Assembly (NCBI GenBank): GCA_032718475.1 | Contig: JAUCBJ010004286.1 | Coordinates: 1-33,367 of the forward strand | DNA: 33,367 bases | Reading direction: 5' to 3' | From: Nemertoderma westbladi | Taxonomy: Eukaryota > Animalia > Xenacoelomorpha | Shown: in pieces, positions 20,617 through 29,581 of the stretch | Layout of the letters: each line of letters begins with the position of its first letter | Numbering within the stretch: the stretch's first letter is position 1 | Notes under the pieces: generated by a model | Database searches by the model: none | Told to the model about the DNA's origin: nothing | What the model saw: only the letters and a program-made list of their open reading frames with translations | Program-made: the position numbers and the translations under genes

Positions 20617-23109
20617 TCAGTATAACACTGGTATTATCCTTCTCCTAGAAACGGGTTTCTCACTTACCTTATTTTCCGATGTTTTCTCTCTGGACTGCTT
20701 TATGAGTTGTAATTTTACTTCACTATCTAAGAAGGACATGAGATCAGCCATGGTAGGGCTTCGTCGTTGTTGTTCATTCATGTACAACACTTCCTTGTCC
20801 CAGCGTGTACATACTCCACCCTTTGGTAAAGTAGAGACTACGGCTCCAATAACCATGGAACTCTGATATTCATGAGACTTACCTAACCAGTCCAATTGTC
20901 TACAGATCTCCTGAATCTCATCGGAAAACTCTATAATCCCGCTACTAAGGAAGTTTCTGGGGGCTACTAATTTTGCATACAAATACTTAGCTATGTTATC
21001 CTTGTTACCATACCTGATGTTTAATGTATCCCAAACTTGTCTTAATCCTTCTGGATGTCCAATAAACTTTAACGCCATTAACTTGGGAGGTCCTTCCAAG
21101 CACTTGATGAGGAACCTAAGTTTCTCTCCGTTAGATAGTACAGAGTTCTGTATGCTATCTTTGTAATATTCATTGAAAGGTAACCATTTCATCTCATCTC
21201 CATTGAATTTGACGATCTCTCCCACTTTGACCGCTTGGCGGGCTTCTGTTCTAGCCATCTGACGCGTAAAGCTTTCTTGGGCCATTGTGTTATTTAATAT
21301 TGAATTATCGGTATATAAATTTCTCGGATCATTATCGGGTCTATAGGGAATATCATTAACAACAGGTTTATAATCACCCTTAATAGGGTTTGCTATAGGA
21401 GTTTCTACTTCACTAGCAGTATAGATGCGTGTAGGCTCCACACCTTGCGCATGTAATACTTCAGACCTAACAGGTTGACACAATGTTACTGGGGGTATTG
21501 GTATACCCTTTTGTATATTGACTAATTTGTCGCGTTCCAGCGCGATACTTTGCTGCACTTCTTGCAATTCTGCCCTACCTTCCCTTACTGTTCCCTTAAG
21601 TTGGTAGACAGTCTCCTGCATCTGTCCGAGCAGGAGATTCATCCCCCGCCGTCCCTCCTCTACCCACTCGACTGCCGAAGCGGGAGTCGCCAACATTGTA
21701 GCGGGCTGACGTGGGACGACGGGAGACAAATCTTTGATTTCTCTCTCAGCTTCCAGGACAGGGATATTCTCATGGACTGTTCTACCGGGTACAGGCAGTG
21801 TAGTACTATGTAAAGGGAATTTAGAGTTAAGCTCTGGAAGTACAGGGGTCTCTAGCACAGGAGTGGCTTTGGGAACGACAGGCCCAATTATTTCAGGCTC
21901 ATCAACTATTGTAGGGAGTCCTTTGACCTGAATAATTTGTTCTGTGGGTTCGGTACTACCTAAGTCTGTGCTAGCTAGTTGTCTTCTAACCACTGGGGGC
22001 AAATCAGGCAATTTGTGACGGTGAGATGTTTTTCTACGCCTGCTTAGACGAGATCTATTTCCTCTGCCTTCAGGATCGGTGGTCTCGCCTTCCTCCGATG
22101 ATGTATATCCCTGGCGTTTGGGAGTAGATCCTCTCATCATCTGCATGTGACTAGCAGTTAACTGTTTATTTATGTTGTCTTGCGTCTCTTGCAGATTTTC
22201 AAACTCTAGTTGGGTAGTCTCCTCAGACGCTCTCAGTTCTGCTTCTGCCACCGCTGCCTTTCTTTCTGCTTCTGCTGCTGCCGCTGCCTTTGCTGCTTCT
22301 GCCGCTGCCTTTGCTGCTTCTGCCGCTGCCTTTGCTGCTTCTGCTTCTGCCGCCGTTACTGCTGCTGCCTTTCGGTCCTCTATCCGTTTTTTCTTTACTT
22401 GTTCTTCTTGGACTCTAACGAGGCGGAGTTTTTCATCAAATTTAGCTTGGTTTGCAGCTAACATTTCCGCATCGATTGCGTCCAACACAAGCTTGGTTCC
22501 TTCACTATTAGGGCGAAGTCCAGACAGTCGTCTCCTCAACTCTTCGTCTCCTATGAATCGCTGATAGTCTGACAGATAGATGTCAATGGCGTCTCTAGTT
22601 CGCGGCTTCTCTGCTGCTGTTAATTCGCTTTCCACTTCGCTTTCCACCTCGCTTTCCACCTCGCTTTCCACCTCGCTTTCCACCTCGCTTTCCACTAGAG
22701 AAGAAGTGGCGTCGGTTGATTCTTCATAGGTTGGCCGCTCATCATAAACCGTATCCGCCATCTTCGCTCCGCGTTCGGGCGTCCGCTCAACAGTATCCGA
22801 ACTACTGGAGCTATCGGGCCGCTGAGAACTAGGTTCTTGGCTAGGAGGTTGCTGCTGTTTTATAGCTTCTTCTTGATCCCGCTTGACTTGGGCCCGAGTG
22901 CCTATGGCAGACCAACGGCGCTTCACTAACTTCGCAAATTGCGAAATCGCTTCTACCAACCTAGGTTCTGACACAACCACTGCAGGGGTGGCCCTTCTTA
23001 CAGTATGAGGGGTTTCAGACCTCGGTCTGGGATTCTCTATACTTTGATCTGAGAAACAGGCTGTTGTTTCTAGGAGACTATCTGACAGAGTTTGCCTTGT
23101 GTCAGCCAT
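20617..23109 (-). CDS. gag: BEL/Pao-type Gag-like protein (DUF1759-like capsid region), 830 aa
   Basis: KFNGDEMKWLPFNEYYKDSIQNSVLSNGEKLRFLIKCLEGPP...VWDTLNIRYGN...VVSTLP...W...PTMADLMSFL matches the BEL/Pao Gag pattern. Long low-complexity/coiled-coil N-terminus; lies between the LTRs. Confidence 0.88.
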   Translation of the reverse strand: MADTRQTLSDSLLETTACFSDQSIENPRPRSETPHTVRRATPAVVVSEPRLVEAISQFAKLVKRRWSAIGTRAQVKRDQEEAIKQQQPPSQEPSSQRPDSSSSSDTVERTPERGAKMADTVYDERPTYEESTDATSSLVESEVESEVESEVESEVESEVESELTAAEKPRTRDAIDIYLSDYQRFIGDEELRRRLSGLRPNSEGTKLVLDAIDAEMLAANQAKFDEKLRLVRVQEEQVKKKRIEDRKAAAVTAAEAEAAKAAAEAAKAAAEAAKAAAAAEAERKAAVAEAELRASEETTQLEFENLQETQDNINKQLTASHMQMMRGSTPKRQGYTSSEEGETTDPEGRGNRSRLSRRRKTSHRHKLPDLPPVVRRQLASTDLGSTEPTEQIIQVKGLPTIVDEPEIIGPVVPKATPVLETPVLPELNSKFPLHSTTLPVPGRTVHENIPVLEAEREIKDLSPVVPRQPATMLATPASAVEWVEEGRRGMNLLLGQMQETVYQLKGTVREGRAELQEVQQSIALERDKLVNIQKGIPIPPVTLCQPVRSEVLHAQGVEPTRIYTASEVETPIANPIKGDYKPVVNDIPYRPDNDPRNLYTDNSILNNTMAQESFTRQMARTEARQAVKVGEIVKFNGDEMKWLPFNEYYKDSIQNSVLSNGEKLRFLIKCLEGPPKLMALKFIGHPEGLRQVWDTLNIRYGNKDNIAKYLYAKLVAPRNFLSSGIIEFSDEIQEICRQLDWLGKSHEYQSSMVIGAVVSTLPKGGVCTRWDKEVLYMNEQQRRSPTMADLMSFLDSEVKLQLIKQSREKTSENKVSEKPVSRRRIIPVLY
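22240..22695 (-). repeat. In-frame coding repeats in gag: (AEAAKAA)n 21-bp units and (ESEV)n 12-bp units
   Basis: Visible tandem units at ~22240-22370 and ~22626-22695, both multiples of three. Confidence 0.9.
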
Positions 23110-24476
23110 GTTTGATTGTACAGTTGAATGCCTACTGCTATATTACAGTTAAAGCAAGTCTAGTAATTCAGTATCACTGTTAGCCTCACAATTAATTACC
23201 GATACTGCTACTCAGTGTAGCGTGATATATATAATATATTAGAATACCGGTATGCTTATAGTAGATATATAAGTATTATTACAGACTAGATTTGTCACAG
23301 AATACAGGTATATAATTTTGGCACAAATATATATAAATATATAATAGGCCTATCGTGAATACCGGTATGCAGCTTACACTTATAGTATATAAGTATAATT
23401 CTGGACTAGAATTAATTACAGAGTACCGGTATGATTTCAGCCTAAATTTATAGAATAAATATAATAAGCCTATTGTAAATACCGGTATGTCAATTATTTT
23501 AAAATAATTGAATTTCTGAATGTTAGGGGTTACTTGGTTACTTTACTTACTTTATTACCGTTATTTGAGCAGCAGTCCAACTGATATTAAGACCTAAGTG
23601 TTGTATAACAGGCCTACTATTTTATTAATAGATTTAGTGGATTTATATGTACCCGTATGAGGGGTTTTGTTACAATATTGAAATAGATGTTATTATTTCT
23701 GGGGGGAGTCACTACACAGAAGCTGTGCGCTCTCAGTGGAGTGCTACTTATTGGACACTAAAACAGATAATTCTAATTTACCTAAGTTACTTAATACTAC
23801 AAATTACTTACGATACGGGTGAGATTAATTCTCTAATTAAACACAACAAAAATATTACGTACGGAATTTTAGGGTAATTTTACAGGAAGTCTACAAACCA
23901 GCCTAACAAAGGGTTAGAATTCTGGTTATTACAACGGACAGTGTACTACGGTATTTGAAAATAATAAGTAGTAGTAAATACACTGCGTTGTCCAGATAGG
24001 AAAATACCACCGCCTGACGACCTATAGCCGTATCGCTATAGGTACTACGTTATGTATCACGGAGTGTTCCTACCTAGAAGTTAATTACCGCGGACTACCA
24101 GATCCAACGTGCCTATTAACCACTTTACAACACAATACACTGCCTACACACCAATTACTTTCGGAAAGCACTGTACACTAAACCCTAAATTAGGTACAAG
24201 TACTTATTAAAAACAAATAACCAGCAGTTAAATATACTTGAACAGTTAAAAGAACCACGGCATCTGCTGGAGTGACCGGTGCACAAAATCACCAGTCTTT
24301 ACCTACGCCAAGCAGCCCGTGTAGTACCGGGGTTAATTTAACTATAACGGTATGTGTAACAAGCACAATTACTGTAGGAATAAACTTAGGGATATGAATG
24401 TTGCGAATAATCGCATAAACTCTGAATAATAAATATTACGCTACCCGTACAAACTACTCAAACAAATTACAAACCA

Positions 24477-25005
24477 AACGCTGGCAGACTACCATCAAGC
24501 CTAAATAAACTACAGTATGTGCAGATTCCAAAATGGTTAGTTAGTATAGTATGCGTTCTAACACGGTAGTACGACTTATTCTTTAGGAGGGGATTGACCT
24601 TACAGCTCTGGCTGCCCCAACTTACTAACTGGCACTTTATCAGACAAACTCTACACACGCAGCAATCTCTTCAGACCTAATAATAGCTAGACAACAATCC
24701 AGCCTACAAAATATCTGAGTAATAACTATTACGGTACCTGAACAGACCACACAAACAAACACAGGCCAAAACGCTGGCAGACTACTATCAAGCCTAAATA
24801 AACTATAGTATATGCAGATTCCAAAATGGTTAGTTAGTATGCGTTTTAACACGGTAGTACGACTTATTCTTTAGGAGGGGATTGACCTTACAGCTCTGGC
24901 TGCCCCAACTTACTAACTGGCACTTTATCGGACAGACTCTACACACGCCACAATCTCTCCAGACCCAACAACAGTCCGACAATAGTCCGGCCTACAATTA
25001 TCTGA
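24477..25005. repeat. ~240-bp direct duplication in the element's 5' leader
   Basis: ~24477-24718 and ~24769-25005 share AAACGCTGGCAGACTAC...GATTGACCTTACAGCTCTGGCTGCCCCAACTTACTAACTGGCACTTTATC...TATCTGA. Confidence 0.9.
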
Positions 25006-25179
25006 ACAATCTGAGCAGACTTACACGTCTTCAGCTCAATATTAACTTACATGTAAATAAAACCGACAGAAATAAGTAAAATCTCAATAAAAAACCAGGG
25101 CTGCAGTCCCTGATTAAATACTAAGACCTACCGGTATACAATAATCAAAATCGAATAATACTAATGTACTTATACTGGA

Positions 25180-25383
25180 AGTACCGGTTAGGACAGTTGG
25201 GCCTACAGACCTACAGCAGTACCGGTTCAGGCAGTTAGGCCTACGGACCTACAGCAGTACCGGTTCAGGCAGTTAGGCCTACGGACCTACAGCAGTACCG
25301 GTTCTGGCAGTTGGGCCTACGGACCTACAGCAGTACCAGTTCTGGCAGTTGGGCCTATGGACCTACAGCAGTACCGGTTCAGG
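25180..25383. repeat. 38-bp tandem repeat (GTACCGGTTCAGGCAGTTAGGCCTACGGACCTACAGCA), ~5 copies, in the element's 5' leader
   Basis: Directly visible. Confidence 0.93.
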
Positions 25384-25445
25384 TTTACCGGTCGACCGGT
25401 ACTTTCAACTTTATTGCTTACTGCAATAAAGACAATAACTGTTAT

Positions 25446-26632
25446 TGTACGCGCTTTTGAAGACCTTTAGCAGTTTAACCTGCCAAAATTTATATGTCTT
25501 TTGGTTTATAAATAGACTTTAGAAGTTGACAAATATTTAATACCAATAAACACAACATTAGCAGAAGCCAGCCTAGTGCGCGTCCATTCACCCGCTGGAT
25601 ATACCCGGGAGACTGGATTCTGAGGGCTTAGATTATTATTGCAGTGTAAGATTACTGTATTATTCGATTGATCGTTAATAAATAATTTCTGACCAATATT
25701 ATTCACTTTCGGGAAATATTAACAGTTCATTTAGGACGTGGCGCTCTATCTAGGTAAACAGAGATATGACTTATACTAATCACAACGGTAAGTCGGTAAG
25801 GCTTATGATTCACATATGAGGCGCATTCTTTAGGAAATGCTTAGTTATCAGCCACAATCATGCACACTACCGGTATCACACAATACTGCTCACTAATTTG
25901 CCGACCGTCAATGAATTTTATCATATATAAAGAGAACAGCAATTGACTCATGTAGTGCTTATCAAATAGCATTAAATTCACTACAAACCACAATAATATA
26001 AGTCGCAATCGCTATATGTAGCCTGTCTCTCTAACCTGTAGTGTATCAAGAAAATTGGGAAATTTGGGTTCTTTATAAATGTTCTCCAAATAATATTCAA
26101 CCAACTGATACAAATATGACAACAGTAAAGCATTAAGACGGTAGGTTAAGATATGATATGACAAGTTATGATATGTGATATGTTATGAACTGATAACAGT
26201 TATACGCTCTATAATCTTAAGCCTACTAATGTTTCTTCTAAAGTCTGAAACGAATTGACTCTAGAGCCGGTGTTCCTGGCCTAGATAGAAACAACACAAC
26301 AGTATCAAGAAAAACAGTAAGACTGAACACTCCTAGCACGATCGGCCAAATATCTCCACATCGACAGAAAAAAATCGCTCTGATTGGCTGTTAAGCTAAA
26401 CAAAGAACCATGTGTCCAATGGCCGTTTCCATGTCAGCAACCAGCTGTTAGATGTCGTAATCTGAATCATCAAGGCTAAGCTGTGCCAGTGTATTTGACG
26501 CATTGCGGGTTTTTTGCCTTACCATGTCCGCCAAAGCACACATACAGAAGAATGACTTTTATGTCCGTTAAAACACCTATAACGGTACCTTGCGGGCGAG
26601 GGGGACTGAGTATATCCGCAAAAGCTTTTACA
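25446..26632 (-). repeat. 5' LTR (1187 bp)
   Basis: Near-identical to 17008-18194; upstream of gag on the minus strand. Confidence 0.96.
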
Positions 26633-27368
26633 AGCTTTGGTAATAGCCAACTCTATATTATTATATTTTGGTGTATTCGTTATCAACAATCGAAAGTTGA
26701 TGAGAAGTCAAAACACCTATTTTTAATAGAAGCAAAATTATTATTAATAAAGAATTCAACACAGCAAATAATCATATGGTTATATCAAAGTCTTCAAAGA
26801 GAAGGGGCGTATGATGAGTGATTTTTTCAATTCTGAAAGGTGCCAGGAACTCCCCGTAACTCTACAACTACTGCAGCTATTTAATTTTTATTTGCCTCAT
26901 CTAAAAGAGGACTTAATTTTCGTAAGTGCCAAGTACTTTCGACCAGCTGGACCTACACCTACAACTGTTTATGGGATTTTAACAATATAAATAACTGGCC
27001 CACTAAATTTAGGAGCTTTGCAGCAGCTTGGCGGGTCGTATCTATAGTAGGTCATGGATGGACAAGCTCAAAAATATACCAAATAAAATATCTGCTTTCA
27101 GAATAACATTGTTCCAAGACTCAGTATTAATTAAATAGATTTGCAGAATTCGTTGCTAGCTGAACCTATCCAAGTTACTCTGTTTACTCAAAGTAACTCT
27201 GTTTGGCGGTCTCGGAAACTTAAGGTTAAATTATTTAGAGCAGCAGTAGAACCACCCCCCCCCCCCCCCCCCCCATGTGGTACAGTAATTTAAGCTGGGA
27301 TCTAACTGCCGAGGATACCAAATCTCTGGATGGCTTCACGCCACATAAACGAGAATGCTATGTCGGGT

Positions 27369-28945
27369 CCTAGAATACAGTTCTACAGGGCCTGCCATCA
27401 CCTAGAATACAGTTCTACAGGGCCTACCATCACCTAGAATACAGTTCTACAGGGCCTGCCATCACATAGAATACAGTTCTACAGGGCCTGCCATCACCTA
27501 GAATACAGTTCTAGAGGACCTGCCATCACCTAGAATATATAGTTCTACAGGGCCTGCCATCACCTAGAATACAGTTCTACAGGGCCTGCCATCACCTAGA
27601 ATACAGTTCTTCAGGGCCGGCTATCACCTAGAATACAGTTCTACAGGGCCTGCCATCATCTAGAATACAGTTCTACAGGGCCTGCCATCACCTAGAATAC
27701 AGTTCTAAAAAGCCTGCCATCACCTAGAATACAGTTCTACAGGGCCTGCCATCACTTAGAATACAGTTCTACAGGGACTGCCATCACCTAGAATACAGTT
27801 CTACAGGGACTGCCATCACCTAGAATACAGTTCTACAGCGCCTGCCATCACCTAGAATACAGTTCTACAAGGCCTGCCATCACCTAGAATACAGTTCTAC
27901 AGGGCCTGCCATCACCTAGAATACAGTTCTACAGGGACTGCCATCACCCTGCCATCACCTAGAATACAGTTCTACAGGGCCTGCCACCACATAGAATACA
28001 GTTCTAAAGGGCCTACCATCACCTAGAATACAGTTACACAGGGCCTGCCATCACCTAGAATACAGTTCTACAGGGCCTGCCATCACCTAGAATACAGTTC
28101 TACAGGGCCTGCCATGACCTAGAATACAGTTCTACAGGGCCTGCCATCACCTTGAATACAGTTCTACAGGGCCTGCCATCACCTAGAATATAGTTCTACA
28201 GGGCCTGCCATCACCTAGAATATAGTTCTACAGGGCCTGCCATCACCTAGAAAGAATACAGTTCTACAGGGCCTGCCATCACCTAGAATATAGTTTCTTC
28301 AGGGCCTGCCATCACGCTAGAATACAGTTCTACAGGGCCTGCCATCACCTAGAATACAGTTCTACAGGGCCTGCCATCACCTAGAAAGAATACAGTTCTA
28401 CAGGGCCTGCCATCACCTAGAATACAGTTCTACAGGGCCTGCCATCACCTAGAATACAGTTCTACAGGGCCTGCCATCACCTAGAATACAGTTCTACATG
28501 GCCTGCCATCACCTAGAATATAGTTCTACCGGGCATGCCATCACCTAGAATACAGTTATACAGGGCCTGCCATCACCTAGAATACAGTTCTACAGGGCCT
28601 GCCATCACCTAGAAAGAATACAGTTCTACAGGGAATGCCATCACCTAGAATACAGTTCTACAGGGTCTGCCATCACCTAGAATACAGTTCTACAGGGCCT
28701 GCCATCACCTAGAATACAGTTCTACTGGGCCTGCCATCACCTACAATACAGTTCTACAGGGCCTGCCATCACCTAGAATACAGTTCTACAGGGCCTGCCA
28801 TCACCTAGAATACAGTTCTAAAAAGCCTGCCATCACCTAGAATACAGTTATACAGGGCCTGCCATCACCTAGAATACAGTTCTACAGGGCCTGCCATCAC
28901 CTAGAATACAGTTCTACAGGGCCTGCTTTTACCAGGAATACAGTT
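27369..28945. repeat. Tandem satellite, 32-bp unit CCTAGAATACAGTTCTACAGGGCCTGCCATCA, ~49 copies
   Basis: Directly visible, with occasional +4-nt (agaa) insertion variants. Confidence 0.98.
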
Positions 28946-29581
28946 CATCATACATAACCTTTATGTAAACCTTATAATCATCATTTTTACACAAGATTAG
29001 ATAGGACAATTTTCTATAAGAATTAGCAGTTAATATAGCTAGTTTTTGTTTGGTCCCTTCCAGTTTTCCAGTTTTTTTCAAGATATCATTCTCTAATTCC
29101 CGGACACACCAGTTTTATCCTTTTGATTGGCGAAGTAAAATAACAAAGTTCAATCTTTGGCTAAGGTTCTTGTTAGTATGTTAAAGCTAATGCTAAGATA
29201 TATTATATGACGACAATGACTGGTATGAGTTTGTTACATATTTAGCATTTATTTACCCCGATATTAATAAGCTGAGCTTCTGCTGAAATAAATGATCACG
29301 CTAACGCAAAGCACTAAAGGATATAGATATTAGTAGATAATTATTATTTAACTCACTTCAATGGGAATAATTACAATGGAATATACATTAACGCTTTTGT
29401 TTCTTTAATTGACAAATAATATTGCAGATACGAAATAAACACAATAATAACTCAACAGTAACAGTCTGCCAATTGGCATTGGTTGGTATGTCACATGGAA
29501 ATTAGATATTAAAGTTGAGAACGATACCGATTAAGTAATCGATTAGACAGCACAAAGACGATGTGATAATTAGTTGATTAA

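Larger units (their letters stand above)
17008..26632 (-). mobile_element. Non-autonomous BEL/Pao-derived LTR retrotransposon, 9625 bp, gag plus accessory ORF, no pol
   Basis: Two 1187-bp direct repeats with TGTA..TACA ends; 5-bp TSD AGCTT (17003-17007 and 26633-26637); Gag with a DUF1759-like domain typical of BEL/Pao; short purine tract GGGAGCGG abutting the 3' LTR. Confidence 0.93.
16850..26954. mobile_element. Older ~0.5-kb inverted-repeat element (MITE-like), split by the LTR element insertion
   Basis: 16850-16938 (AGGTCTTGCGGGTCGAAAGTACTTGGTAC...AATAGCTGCAGTAGTT) is the diverged reverse complement of 26866-26954 (AACTACTGCAGCTATT...CCAAGTACTTTCGACCAGCTGGACCT). No clear TSD. Confidence 0.75.

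Noticed and set aside
20564-22564. Plus-strand ORFs overlapping gag, including the Ala-rich and Cys-rich ones
   Set aside because: Antisense shadows produced by the gag codon repeats.
17068-26821. Duplicated small ORFs 17068-17268 / 25506-25706 and 18045-18380 / 26483-26821
   Set aside because: They lie in the LTRs, start at non-ATG codons and show no protein motifs; the duplication only reflects LTR identity.
1-28945. Regular 26-50-bp repeat arrays as CRISPR arrays
   Set aside because: Units are head-to-tail with no unique spacers, there are no cas genes, and the context is eukaryotic.
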